Origin: Candidatus Fermentibacteraceae bacterium
GTDB lineage: Bacteria > Fermentibacterota > Fermentibacteria > Fermentibacterales > JCC-6
Assembly (NCBI GenBank): GCA_041686025.1
Contig: JAWLEP010000020.1
Span: 1 to 53,389 of the forward strand
DNA: 53,389 nt
Direction of reading: 5' to 3'
This document shows positions 18,591-28,343 of the stretch, in pieces. Position numbers and translations under genes: made by a program. The notes beneath the pieces are model-generated. The model did not search any database. It was not told the DNA's origin and saw nothing but the letters and a program-made list of their open reading frames with translations. Position 1 is the stretch's first letter. Every line of letters begins with the position of its first letter.

Positions 18591-19658
18591 TTGGCCAAGG
18601 TAAGCTTCAGAGGTGTCAGCAAGGTATTCGACGGGGACGTGGTGGCGCTCTCCGACTTCCATCTGGAAGTGGAGGAGGGGGAGTTCCTGGTTCTGGTGGG
18701 CCCCAGCGGGTGCGGCAAGTCCACCACCCTGCGCATACTGGCGGGACTGGAGACTCCCACCGAGGGCAGGGTGTTCATAGGCAGCGAGGACGTAACCGGG
18801 GTCAGGCCCCAGGACCGGGACATAGCCATGGTCTTCCAGAACTACGCCCTCTACCCGCACATGACGGTGTACGACAACATGGCCTTCGGCCTGAAGATGA
18901 GGAAGACGCCGGATGATAGGATCGACCGCTTTGTCAGGGAGGCGGCCGACATACTGGGACTGGAGCCCTACCTGGACCGCAGGCCCAGGGCTCTGTCGGG
19001 GGGTCAGAGGCAGCGGGTGGCCGTGGGCCGGGCCATCGTCCGTCACCCCGCGGCCTTCCTGTTCGACGAACCGCTGTCCAACCTCGACGCCAAGCTGCGG
19101 GTGCAGATGAGGAGCGAGCTCAGCCGCATACACCAGAAGCTGGGAACCACCATGCTCTACGTCACCCACGACCAGGCCGAGGCCATGACGCTGGGGGACA
19201 GGATCGTGGTCCTCAAGGACGGCGTGGTGCAGCAGGTGGACACCCCGCTGAGCCTCTACGACCGCCCCGACAACGTTTTCGTGGCCGGCTTCATCGGCAG
19301 CCCGGCCATGAACTTTCTCGGAGTGGAGCTGGACTCCCGGGGCTCGGCTTCCACCGACGGGGGCGCCCGGGTGGGGACCTTTCCCGACGCGCCGGGACCG
19401 GGCAGGATGACCCTGGGGGTGAGGCCCGAGGACGTGGACCTGGAGGAGGACGGACCCCTGCCGGCGGAGGTGGAGGTGGTGGAGACCCTGGGCAACGAGA
19501 AGATAGTCTACATGCGCACAGGGGACGTGGAGCTGGTGGCCAGGATCGAGCCGGACGTCCGGGTGAGTCCCGGGGACAGCGTCCGGGCGGCGCTGCGGAT
19601 CCCCCGCTGCCACCTTTTCGACCCCGATACCGCCAGGAGGGTGGGAGTCGGGGCATGA
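18591..19658 (+). CDS. Carbohydrate ABC transporter ATP-binding subunit (MalK/MsmX/UgpC family)
   Basis: GPSGCGKST, 'MVFQNYALYPHM', LSGGQ, 'DEPLSNLD', 'FVAGFIGSPAMN', C-terminal TOBE domain. Confidence 0.95.
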   Translation: MAKVSFRGVSKVFDGDVVALSDFHLEVEEGEFLVLVGPSGCGKSTTLRILAGLETPTEGRVFIGSEDVTGVRPQDRDIAMVFQNYALYPHMTVYDNMAFGLKMRKTPDDRIDRFVREAADILGLEPYLDRRPRALSGGQRQRVAVGRAIVRHPAAFLFDEPLSNLDAKLRVQMRSELSRIHQKLGTTMLYVTHDQAEAMTLGDRIVVLKDGVVQQVDTPLSLYDRPDNVFVAGFIGSPAMNFLGVELDSRGSASTDGGARVGTFPDAPGPGRMTLGVRPEDVDLEEDGPLPAEVEVVETLGNEKIVYMRTGDVELVARIEPDVRVSPGDSVRAALRIPRCHLFDPDTARRVGVGA

Positions 19659-20740
19659 TATTCGTCGCGTACGCCTTTCTCATAGCCCTGATCGTGGCCG
19701 TGCTGGTGACTCCCCTGGCCCGGAGGCTCTCCATCCGCACCGGCATGATGGACCGGCCCCGCGGCAGGAAGCGTCACCGCCTGGCTACGCCGCTTCTGGG
19801 TGGCCTGGCCCTCTTCGTCTCCTTCGGGGTCACCATAGGGCTGGGCCTGGCCCTGTGGCCCGGTCTCTCCGAGGGCCCCGTGGCCGATACGCCTCTGAAC
19901 TGGGAGTCCCTGGGCTACATGGTCCTGGGGGGCGGCCTGCTGATGTGCCTCACCGGCCTGCTGGACGACGTGCTGGACCTGAGCCCCGTCTGGAAGCTGG
20001 TTCTGCACACCCTCGCCGCCCTGCTGGTGGGTGCCTACTTCCTGGTGCAGGGGGCGCAGGTGAGGCTCTTTCTGGAGGGCAGCTGGACCCTGCTGGCGGC
20101 CCCCCTCACCATCTTCTGGCTGGTGCTGATGACCAACTCCATGAACCTGCTGGACCACGCCGACGGCCTGGCGTCCGGCATCGCCGCCATCGCCAGCGGT
20201 TTCCTGGCGGTGAGCAACGTGCTGGTGGCCAACTACGCGGTGGCCTTCATAGCCGCGGCAATCACCGGGGCCTGCCTGGGCTTTCTGGTGTACAACCGCA
20301 ATCCCGCCTCCATATTCATGGGGGACAGCGGCAGCAACCTCCTGGGCTTCATGCTGGGCCTGATAGCCGTGCTGGGAGTCTACACCCCCATGGGGGGGAT
20401 ACGGGAGCTGGCGGTGCTCACCCCGCTGCTGATCCTGGCGGTGCCGCTGGTGGACACGGCCATGGTCCTGCTGTACAGATGGAAGCGCGGCGAGCCGCTG
20501 CTGAAGGGGGACCGGAACCATCTGGCCCACAGGCTGATGCGCATAGGCTTCAGCCCCCTGGCGGCGGTGAACATGCTCTACGTGATCGGCGTCATGATGG
20601 GCACGCTGGCCATGCTGCTTCCCACGCTCAAGCCCTACCAGGCGGTTCTGGTCTTCATCCACGCCGCGGCGGTGGTGGGAGTCATCTCCTACTTCATCCA
20701 CAAGGCGGAAGCGGTCGGAGGCGGCGATGAGCGGGCCTGA
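19655..20740 (+). CDS. Undecaprenyl-phosphate HexNAc-1-phosphate transferase (WecA/TagO-like, MraY family)
   Basis: 'D.P.GRK.H..ATP.LGG', 'GLLDD', 'NSMNLLDHADGL', 'PASIFMGDSG', 'DRNHLAHRL'. Confidence 0.93.
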   Translation: MIFVAYAFLIALIVAVLVTPLARRLSIRTGMMDRPRGRKRHRLATPLLGGLALFVSFGVTIGLGLALWPGLSEGPVADTPLNWESLGYMVLGGGLLMCLTGLLDDVLDLSPVWKLVLHTLAALLVGAYFLVQGAQVRLFLEGSWTLLAAPLTIFWLVLMTNSMNLLDHADGLASGIAAIASGFLAVSNVLVANYAVAFIAAAITGACLGFLVYNRNPASIFMGDSGSNLLGFMLGLIAVLGVYTPMGGIRELAVLTPLLILAVPLVDTAMVLLYRWKRGEPLLKGDRNHLAHRLMRIGFSPLAAVNMLYVIGVMMGTLAMLLPTLKPYQAVLVFIHAAAVVGVISYFIHKAEAVGGGDERA

Positions 20741-23738
20741 TCCCGCACGGGCCCCATCGTCCGCGCAGCGGTGGGTCCTGCTGGTGTGTCTGTCGCTGAC
20801 CCTGCTGGCGGTGCTGTTCGGCCTGCAGACCAACAGCAGAAGCAGCATACTGATCAAGGAGACGGCCTACATCCTGGGCGCTCTGGCCATCTGCCTGTCG
20901 GTGGCCGTGCTGGGCCTTGCCGGCAGGCTGCGGGTGGCGCCGAGGCTGGGGACGGTCCAGCTCGTCCTCCTGGCGGCCATACTGGTCATGGGACCGGCGC
21001 ACATGCTGGCCGGCGGGGGATCGGTTAACACCCCCTTCAACTCCGCCTCGCTTCTGGCCCTGTCAGCCATTGCACTGGCTCTCGCCCTCCTGGGGGACAG
21101 ATGGGTGCGGGACCGGCTGGTTCTGGTGCTCCTGGCCGCCGGCGGGCTGGTCTGCCTCTACGCCCTGCTGCAGTGGCAGGGGGTGCAGCTGTTCAGCTGG
21201 GACCGGGCTCTGGCCAGGTCCGGCAGGGTCTCCGGGTCGCTGGGCAATCCCAACCTCATGGGAAGCCTGGCGGCGGTGCTGCCCATGGTGGCCCTGGGAT
21301 ACATGATCTACCGCAGGCTCCCGCCGGCGCTGCTGATACCGGCCTCCGCCGCTGCGGTGACGGTCTCGGGGCTGGCCATAGTTGCCAGCGGCACCCGGGG
21401 GAGCCTGATGGGTCTGGGCGCCGGCCTTCTGGCCCTTGCGGTGCTCCGGGCCCGGCGGGCGGGGCGGAGGGCCATGATCCTCCTGGGCCTGCTGCTGGTT
21501 CTGGGGCTGCTGGTGGTATACCTGCCCATGCAGGACCGCTTCGGGGAGCTGGCCGGGGGCGATGGCGGAACCCTGACTGTCAGGCGGGTCATCTGGAGCG
21601 GGGCCTTCCGCGCCTTCCTGGACCGGCCCATCCTCGGATGGGGGCCGGGGAGCTTCCAGAAGGTGTTCCCGGCGTACAGGAGTCCCGCCTACCGCCTGAT
21701 GGGGGTCAGCCACAACACCCTGCACGCCCACTGCGAGTACCTGGAGATGCTGCTGGACACGGGTCTGCTGGGGGCCATTCTGTGGGCGGGCCTGGCCGCA
21801 TCGCTCATGGTCCGCCGCAGGCGCGCGGGAGGCGTGGATGCCATGACCGTGGGAATCGTCGCGGCGATGCTGGGTCTGGGCGGCGAGGCGCTGGTCTCCG
21901 TGGCGGTCAGGTGGGCCCCCTCCGCCATGGTGCTGGCCCTGCTGGCGGGCATGGCCATGATCTGCGGCCGGGAGGGCTCCGTCACCTGGCGAAGGGTGCC
22001 CCGGCCGGCGTCGCTTGCGGCGCTGGTCCCTGCGGCCCTGCTGGTGGTGTCGGTGCCCATCTACATCGGCGGCATGAGCGCCGGCAGGCTCCTCTTCCGG
22101 GCGAAGAACGTGCACCTCGCCCGGGCGGAGCCCGCCATGAGCCAGGCCACCGGCATGGCCTCCAGATGGCTGGCCACCGGGAATCCCACCCTGGCCTCCC
22201 GGGCCATGGACCGCTGGAACGAGGGACGGGTATCGGCCGACAGCGCCGTCTACTACTGCCAGCGATGCGTGGAGGCCAATCCCGCCGACCTGGGCGGCTG
22301 GTACGCCCTGGGCAGCGGCTACCTCACCAGGGCCATAGTGGCCAGCCCCAACAGCACAGCCATGAACAGGCTTCTCGAGGAGCCCGGGGGCATGGAGAGA
22401 GACACCGCGCTGGAGCGGGACATGACGCAGAGGGCGCTGGAGGCCTACCGGCATCTTCGGACGCTGGCCCCCGACTACGCCGAGGTCCACAACAACCTGG
22501 CCCTGGTCCACACCAGGCTGGACAACCTGGACTCGGCCATGGTCTACATGCACAACGCATACGGGCTCCACGCCCACCGCAGGACCGACTACTACATGCA
22601 GGTCAACGACCTGGGCCCGATTCTGGACAGCTTCTGGGCGTGGCGCATCTACCTGGCCCACCGGATTCCCTTCGCCGCCGGCCCGGAGGATGGACGCGAA
22701 GACAAGCTTCCCGGGTACCGGAGGGACATAATGCAGACCGTGGCCTTCCTGGCCCAGCGCTACCCCCGGAGGGCGGACTCCCTGGCCCGGATGGCGGCGG
22801 AGATCTGCAGCAGCCGGGAAGTGGACATACTGGGGGACGACCCGGAGGGGGTCCTTCTGAGGGTGGCGGCCAGGGAGAGGCTGGCCATGAGGGCCGACAG
22901 CCTGCTGGCCGCAGGCGACGCGGCGGGGGCGGCAGCCCTGCTGGACACCATTCCCCCCGAAGGGCGGATTCCTGGCATGGCGGTCTCCGTGGTTTCGGCC
23001 AGGGTCGGGCAGGGTGACCGGGTGTCGGCGCTCAGCGGGTACCTTACCCTCCTCATGTACCACAACAGCGCGCACCTCGGGCGGACGTGGATGGGGACCC
23101 GGGCGTTCGGGGATCTGGTTGCGGCCTCGTCTGCGAAGGCGGGCGATCCGGGATGGTGGGAGCCCGTCAGGGCCGGCAGCATTCTCATGCTCTACGCCGA
23201 CCGGGAGCTGTCGAGTCTCGGCGGGCTGGCCCGGGGTGAGTTCTCCCGGTCCACCGCAGACAGCGTGGCCGCCCTGCTGGAGCGCCGCTGGGCCGGGCTG
23301 GGCGGGCCGGAGTTCTGCATGGAGAGGGAGGATGGCCGGACACCGTGGCTGGAGGGCGGCATGCTGGCCTTGGTTCCTGCGGCCCTGGACAGCCTGTGCG
23401 CCGCGTCCGACTCCGCATCTCCCGCAGCGGAAGAGGCGCACGCGGCCAGGATCGAGCTGGCCTACGCCGTCCTGTCCACACAGATGTGGACCTCCCCCTA
23501 CATGACCCAGGGCCAGGTGGACTCGCTCATCTCCTGGGCGGCCCCTTCGGTGCGGTGGCTGGCGGACTCCCTGGGCGGGGAGCGCTACGGCGACCGGCTC
23601 GGCCGCAGGTTCAGGCTGGTGGACGAAGAGCTGGCGGGCCTGGTGCCGGTGGCCAACCGGGCCGGCATGGAGGCTCTGCGGAACTGGTTCTCCGACGCCG
23701 AGACCGCGCGGCAGGGCCCTCCGGAGATCCGGCCCTGA
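20727..23738 (+). CDS. O-antigen ligase (Wzy_C) family membrane protein with TPR-like and long C-terminal extension
   Basis: 'RVSGSLGNPN', 'SGTRG', 'R..IW', 'P.LGWGPG.F', 'HAHCEYL'; TPR-like 'LAPDYAEVHNNLA'. Confidence 0.85.
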   Translation: MSGPDPARAPSSAQRWVLLVCLSLTLLAVLFGLQTNSRSSILIKETAYILGALAICLSVAVLGLAGRLRVAPRLGTVQLVLLAAILVMGPAHMLAGGGSVNTPFNSASLLALSAIALALALLGDRWVRDRLVLVLLAAGGLVCLYALLQWQGVQLFSWDRALARSGRVSGSLGNPNLMGSLAAVLPMVALGYMIYRRLPPALLIPASAAAVTVSGLAIVASGTRGSLMGLGAGLLALAVLRARRAGRRAMILLGLLLVLGLLVVYLPMQDRFGELAGGDGGTLTVRRVIWSGAFRAFLDRPILGWGPGSFQKVFPAYRSPAYRLMGVSHNTLHAHCEYLEMLLDTGLLGAILWAGLAASLMVRRRRAGGVDAMTVGIVAAMLGLGGEALVSVAVRWAPSAMVLALLAGMAMICGREGSVTWRRVPRPASLAALVPAALLVVSVPIYIGGMSAGRLLFRAKNVHLARAEPAMSQATGMASRWLATGNPTLASRAMDRWNEGRVSADSAVYYCQRCVEANPADLGGWYALGSGYLTRAIVASPNSTAMNRLLEEPGGMERDTALERDMTQRALEAYRHLRTLAPDYAEVHNNLALVHTRLDNLDSAMVYMHNAYGLHAHRRTDYYMQVNDLGPILDSFWAWRIYLAHRIPFAAGPEDGREDKLPGYRRDIMQTVAFLAQRYPRRADSLARMAAEICSSREVDILGDDPEGVLLRVAARERLAMRADSLLAAGDAAGAAALLDTIPPEGRIPGMAVSVVSARVGQGDRVSALSGYLTLLMYHNSAHLGRTWMGTRAFGDLVAASSAKAGDPGWWEPVRAGSILMLYADRELSSLGGLARGEFSRSTADSVAALLERRWAGLGGPEFCMEREDGRTPWLEGGMLALVPAALDSLCAASDSASPAAEEAHAARIELAYAVLSTQMWTSPYMTQGQVDSLISWAAPSVRWLADSLGGERYGDRLGRRFRLVDEELAGLVPVANRAGMEALRNWFSDAETARQGPPEIRP

Positions 23739-23768
23739 CCCGACCGTTCCTTTCGGGGTGCCGGGCAC

Positions 23769-23797
23769 TTGCCAAGGGGCCTCTTTCGCTATAGTAT
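23769..23797 (+). promoter_or_regulatory. Putative sigma70 promoter of the rimP-nusA-infB operon
   Basis: TTGCCA-17 nt-TAGTAT. Confidence 0.6.
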
Positions 23798-23826
23798 TCG
23801 CATGAATACACTTTGGCGATCCGCTG

Positions 23827-23856
23827 AAAGTGGGGTTCACCCCCACTTTATTTTTT
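23827..23856 (+). terminator. rimP-leader intrinsic terminator/attenuator
   Basis: AAAGTGGGG-TTCAC-CCCCACTTT hairpin followed by ATTTTTT, between the promoter and rimP; the GTGGG..CCCAC hairpin is typical of rimP leaders. Confidence 0.8.
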
Positions 23857-23931
23857 GAATAGGGAGTAATCCTTCTTCTGCGGAGCCCGAAGAAGGCGAA
23901 GGCGCCACAGAGTGCGAGACGGGAGAGGAAG

Positions 23932-24354
23932 ATGGAGCTGGAGGACATCCGCGGGGAGATAGAGGAGCTGGCCGACCAGGCCGACCTCCTTGTGGTGGAC
24001 CTGGTAACCGCCGGCTCGGAAAGAAGGCGGCTGTTGAGGATCCTGGTGGACAGGCCGGGCAGGGTTACGGTGGGCGAGTGCGCCGATCTGTCCCGGCGCG
24101 TACAGGACCTCCTGGACTCCCGCATACCGGAGAGCGAGCCCTACCTGCTGGAGGTGAGCTCTCCCGGAATAGGCAGGGAGCTGACCACTCCGGTGGACTG
24201 GAGAAGAACCGTGGGCAGGGTGCTGCGCGTGGAGCTGGACGACGGCGAGGTTTTCGAAGCGGAGCTGGCCGATTACGACGGCACCTGCCTTTCCTTTCCC
24301 GACGGCCGCATCGTGCCCACAGATCTCATACGGAAGGCAAAAGAGGTGATCTAG
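23932..24354 (+). CDS. rimP: Ribosome maturation factor RimP
   Basis: 'LRILVD', 'C..LSR', 'YLLEVSSPGIGR.L'; position upstream of nusA. Confidence 0.95.
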   Translation: MELEDIRGEIEELADQADLLVVDLVTAGSERRRLLRILVDRPGRVTVGECADLSRRVQDLLDSRIPESEPYLLEVSSPGIGRELTTPVDWRRTVGRVLRVELDDGEVFEAELADYDGTCLSFPDGRIVPTDLIRKAKEVI

Positions 24355-24420
24355 CCCCCGGTGCCGCGTTCGGCGCCGGAGAGGCCCTGAGGACATGCAA
24401 GGAGACACGGGGAGACGGAA

Positions 24421-25806
24421 GTGGTTGATTTCGAGAGAATAGACGCGCTGGCCAGGCTGGTGCGCGAGAAGGGCGTGAACCGGGAGATCCTGCTGAACAG
24501 CCTGCATCGCGGGCTGGAGCGGGCCACCGAGAAGGAGTACGGCACGCCGCAGGAGATCAAGGTGACCTGGGACCAGGACTCCGGAGACATCAAGATCCAG
24601 GCCCTCAAGACAGTGGTGGAGAAGGTGGACCCGGACAGGGCGCACCTGGAGATAACCCCCGCCCGGGCGAAGAAGTACGATTCGGAGGCCGGAATCGGGG
24701 ATCAGGTGGCCGTGCCCATACGCATATCCGACTTCGGCCGCTCGTCGGTGAACATGTTCCGGCAGGAGTTCCTCTCCCTGGTGAAGGGGGCCGAGCGGGA
24801 GCAGGTATACAAGGAGTTCATAGACCGGGTGGGGGAGATAATACCCCGCTGCCGCGTCCAGCAGGTCTACCGCAGCCGCATACTGGTGCAGGTGGCCGGC
24901 CGCGTGGAGGGCATAGTCCCGGTGGCCGAGAGGGCCCGCTACGAGATGTACGACCAGGGCGAGTCCATCACCCCCGTTCTCATCGAGGTCAGGTCCCCGG
25001 AGTCCAGCGAGCCCCAGCTGGTGCTCAGCAGGGCTACCCCGCTGCTGATACAGAAGCTCTTCGAGCGGGAGGCTCCGGAGATAGAGGAGGGCGTCGTAGA
25101 GATAAGGGCCATCGCCAGGGAAGCGGGCGTAAGGACCAAGATCGCCGTGGCCAGCAACGACTTCAAGGTTGACGCGGTAGGCACCTTCGTCGGTTCGAAG
25201 GGCAGCCGGGTGCAGGCGGTGATGCGGGAGCTCAGCGGCGAGCGGATAGACGTGGTCCCCTGGACCCTGGACAAGACCGTCCTGGCCACCCACGCCCTGC
25301 TTCCGGCCACGGTGATGCACGTGGAGATAGAGCGCTATATCGACCCGGAGACCGGCGAGGAGAAGGAGCACATGATCGCCGTGGTCCCCGACGACGAGCT
25401 GTCTCTGGCCATAGGCAAGCACGGGCACAACGTCCGTCTCGCCGGCAGGCTGGTGGGTTATCGCATAGACGCCATGACCCAGAGCGAGTGGACCGAGCGC
25501 CGCCGCTGGGAGGAGGCCCGCCATGTCGACCTCTCCGAGATCGAGTGCGTAAGCGACGCTCTGCGGGAGCGGCTGAGGCTTGCGGGTTTCGATACCGCCA
25601 ACAGGGTGGTGGAGGCCGATATAGACGAGCTCTCCGACGTAAAGGGCATAGGCCCGGTTACCCTCAAGAAGCTGCTGGCGGAGGCGGAGGAGAAGGTGGC
25701 CCGCCGCGAGGAGACGGTGAGCATGGAGATGGAGAGGCAGCGGCTGGAGAAGGAGCTTGAAGAGGCGCAGGAGGACGAGGAGTCCGAAGGCGCCGATGAC
25801 GAATAG
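24421..25806 (+). CDS. nusA: Transcription termination factor NusA
   Basis: 'FGR', S1 domain, 'LSR', 'AREAG.RTKIAV', 'GERIDVV', 'LAIGK.G.NVRLA..L.G..ID', C-terminal HhH and acidic tail. Confidence 0.97.
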   Translation: MVDFERIDALARLVREKGVNREILLNSLHRGLERATEKEYGTPQEIKVTWDQDSGDIKIQALKTVVEKVDPDRAHLEITPARAKKYDSEAGIGDQVAVPIRISDFGRSSVNMFRQEFLSLVKGAEREQVYKEFIDRVGEIIPRCRVQQVYRSRILVQVAGRVEGIVPVAERARYEMYDQGESITPVLIEVRSPESSEPQLVLSRATPLLIQKLFEREAPEIEEGVVEIRAIAREAGVRTKIAVASNDFKVDAVGTFVGSKGSRVQAVMRELSGERIDVVPWTLDKTVLATHALLPATVMHVEIERYIDPETGEEKEHMIAVVPDDELSLAIGKHGHNVRLAGRLVGYRIDAMTQSEWTERRRWEEARHVDLSEIECVSDALRERLRLAGFDTANRVVEADIDELSDVKGIGPVTLKKLLAEAEEKVARREETVSMEMERQRLEKELEEAQEDEESEGADDE

Positions 25807-25834
25807 ATCATGCGAGGAACGATCACGGAAGTAG

Positions 25835-27991
25835 GTGGTAAGCTTGGCTAAGTCAGGTTCTTCGAAAAAGAAGAGGGTGTACGAGCTGGCCCGGGAGCTC
25901 AACCTCTCCAGCGAGGCTCTGCTGAAGGTGCTCAAGGAGCTGAACATAACCGTAAAGAGCCACATGAGCACTCTGACCGAGGAGGAGTGCGAGAAGGTCC
26001 GCAAGCGCTACGAGCGCGAGAAGCAGAAGGCGCGCAGCCGGGGCGCCCGCAGCAAGAAGAGGCGCAAGCCCCGCAAGAAGAAGGTACCCACGAAGGCCGA
26101 GGCCGAGAAGGCGGTCAAGGACACCCTGGCCAAGATGGACGCCAAGCGGACGCGCAGGAAGAAGAAGAAGCGCCGCAAGTACAAGGAGGAGAAGCAGGAG
26201 CGCCACGAGAAGAAGCAGGAGACCGACGAGGAGGACTCCACCATCCGCATCACGGAGTTCACCAGCCCCTCCGAGCTCTCCGACCAGATCGGCGTCTCCC
26301 TGAACAAGGTCATAGCCAAGTGCCTGGAGCTGGGGGTCATGGCCACCGCCAACCAGCGCCTGGACATGGATACGCTCACCCTCCTGGCCGCGGAGTTCGG
26401 CTACGAGGTGGAGAAGGTCGCCGAGTACGGGGCCGAGAGGCTGGAGGAGAAGCGGCAGGAGAAGAGCGAGCACGAGGTCCCCAGGGCCCCGGTGGTGACC
26501 ATCATGGGCCATGTGGACCATGGAAAGACCGCCCTGCTGGACCACATCCGCTCCACCAACGTGGTGGCCAGCGAGTCCGGCGGGATCACCCAGCACGTAG
26601 GTGCCTCGGTTGCCCGACTCGACGAGATGGGCGAGGACACGGTCACCTTCATCGACACCCCGGGTCACGAGGCGTTCACCGCCATGCGCACCAGGGGCGC
26701 GCAGGTCACCGACATAGTGGTTCTGGTGGTGGCAGCGGACAGCCGCGTGATGCCCCAGACCGAGGAGGCCATCGATCACGCCCGGGCGGCGGATGTCCCC
26801 ATCGTGGTGGCCATCAGCAAGATGGACCTCTCCACCGCCAACCCCGACTTCATCAAGCAGGATCTGGCCAACCGCAACATCCTGGTGGAGGAGTACGGCG
26901 GCGAGGTGCTCTGCTCGGAAGTATCCGCCATGACCGGGGAGGGCGTGGACGACCTGCTGGAGAAGATCGTCCTGCAGGCGGAGATGCTGGAGCTCACCGC
27001 CTACCCGGAGCGGCCGGCAAGGGGCACGGTGCTGGAGGGCAAGGTTGACCCCAGGAGGGGCAGCGTTGTGAACCTCCTGGTCCAGGACGGAACCCTCCAC
27101 GAGGGCGACTACTTCGTGGCCGGCCAGTACCGGGGCAGGGTCCGCGCCATCTACGACGAGAAGGACAACGAGCTGGAAGAGGTGGGCCCCAGCATGCCGG
27201 CCCAGATACTGGGCTCCTCGGGAGTGCCCGAGGCCGGGGACTCCTTCACCACCGTGGACAGCGAGCAGGAGGCCAAGGAGGTCAGCCGCCGCCGGCAGAT
27301 GGTGGAGCGCGAGCGGGACCTGCAGTCCCGTCAGCACATGACCCTGGAGGACTTCTGGAAGGCCACCGAGGAGGGCGAGGGAGTGCTTCGCCTCATCGTG
27401 AAGGCCGACGTGCAGGGAACGGCCGAGGCCATAGTGGACACCCTGACCAGGATGGGGACCGACGAGGTCTCCGTGGACATCATCCGCAGCGGTGCCGGCG
27501 GCATAACCGAGGGGGACGTGATGCTGGCCGCCGCCTCCGACGCCGTGATACTGGGATTCCGGGTGAGGCCCGACGGCCGGGCCCGCGAGAAGGCTTCCTC
27601 CATGGGTGTGGAGATCAACACGTTCAACGTGATCTACGACGTGGAGGACACCGTTCACAAGGCCCTCTCCGGCCTCCTGGCCCCCGAGGAGAAGGAGGAG
27701 TTCCTGGGCTCTGCCGAAGTGAGGCAGATCTTCAAGGTCCCCAAGGTGGGCAACATCGCCGGGAGCTACGTGGTGGGCGGAGTCATCAAGCGCAACGCCA
27801 AGGCCCGGCTGGTGCGCAACGGCGTGGAGGTCTGGAACGGCAACATCTCCTCGCTGAAGCGCTTCCAGGAGGACCGCCGCGAGGTGGCCGCCGGCTACGA
27901 GTGCGGCATCGGCCTGGAGGGTTACAACGACCTGAAGGTCGGCGACATCATAGAGTGCTACACCGTGGTCAAGGTGGCCCGGGAGCTTTAG
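25835..27991 (+). CDS. infB: Translation initiation factor IF-2
   Basis: 'RVYELAREL', 'MGHVDHGKT', 'GGITQH', 'DTPGHEAF', 'KADVQG', 'ECGI'. True start may be TTG 25844. Confidence 0.98.
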   Translation: MVSLAKSGSSKKKRVYELARELNLSSEALLKVLKELNITVKSHMSTLTEEECEKVRKRYEREKQKARSRGARSKKRRKPRKKKVPTKAEAEKAVKDTLAKMDAKRTRRKKKKRRKYKEEKQERHEKKQETDEEDSTIRITEFTSPSELSDQIGVSLNKVIAKCLELGVMATANQRLDMDTLTLLAAEFGYEVEKVAEYGAERLEEKRQEKSEHEVPRAPVVTIMGHVDHGKTALLDHIRSTNVVASESGGITQHVGASVARLDEMGEDTVTFIDTPGHEAFTAMRTRGAQVTDIVVLVVAADSRVMPQTEEAIDHARAADVPIVVAISKMDLSTANPDFIKQDLANRNILVEEYGGEVLCSEVSAMTGEGVDDLLEKIVLQAEMLELTAYPERPARGTVLEGKVDPRRGSVVNLLVQDGTLHEGDYFVAGQYRGRVRAIYDEKDNELEEVGPSMPAQILGSSGVPEAGDSFTTVDSEQEAKEVSRRRQMVERERDLQSRQHMTLEDFWKATEEGEGVLRLIVKADVQGTAEAIVDTLTRMGTDEVSVDIIRSGAGGITEGDVMLAAASDAVILGFRVRPDGRAREKASSMGVEINTFNVIYDVEDTVHKALSGLLAPEEKEEFLGSAEVRQIFKVPKVGNIAGSYVVGGVIKRNAKARLVRNGVEVWNGNISSLKRFQEDRREVAAGYECGIGLEGYNDLKVGDIIECYTVVKVAREL

Positions 27992-27997
27992 GACGCC

Positions 27998-28342
27998 ATG
28001 GACAGAAGAAGAGCGGCCCGGCTCAGCGGGCAGATAAAGCGCGAGATCGCCTCGATACTGGTCCGGGAGATCAAGGACCCCCGCCTGGGCTTCGTGTCGG
28101 TGGTCAGGGTGAGCCTCTCCCAGGACGGGACCCATGCCCGGGTGTACTACTCTACCATGGGCACCGAGGAGGAGCGCCGGGAGAGCTGTGAGGCCATGGA
28201 GTCCGCCAAGCCCTACATAAGGCGCCTCCTGGCCGACAGGATACGCATGAGGAGCGTGCCGGAGCTCCACCTGATCCACGACCACTCCATCGAGGAGGGC
28301 GAGCGGGTCCTGCGGATAATACGCTCCCTGGAGGACGACTGA
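27998..28342 (+). CDS. rbfA: Ribosome-binding factor A
   Basis: 'IKDPRL', 'V.LS.D..HARVY', 'R.VPEL...D.SIE.G'. Confidence 0.96.
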   Translation: MDRRRAARLSGQIKREIASILVREIKDPRLGFVSVVRVSLSQDGTHARVYYSTMGTEEERRESCEAMESAKPYIRRLLADRIRMRSVPELHLIHDHSIEEGERVLRIIRSLEDD

Positions 28343-28343
28343 C

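Noticed and set aside
24357..24379. GC hairpin between rimP and nusA as a terminator
   Set aside because: No U-tract, and such hairpins are expected by chance at about 70% GC.
26000..26240. AAG-rich low-complexity tract
   Set aside because: It encodes the Lys/Arg/Glu-rich N-terminal region of IF-2; not a DNA repeat element.
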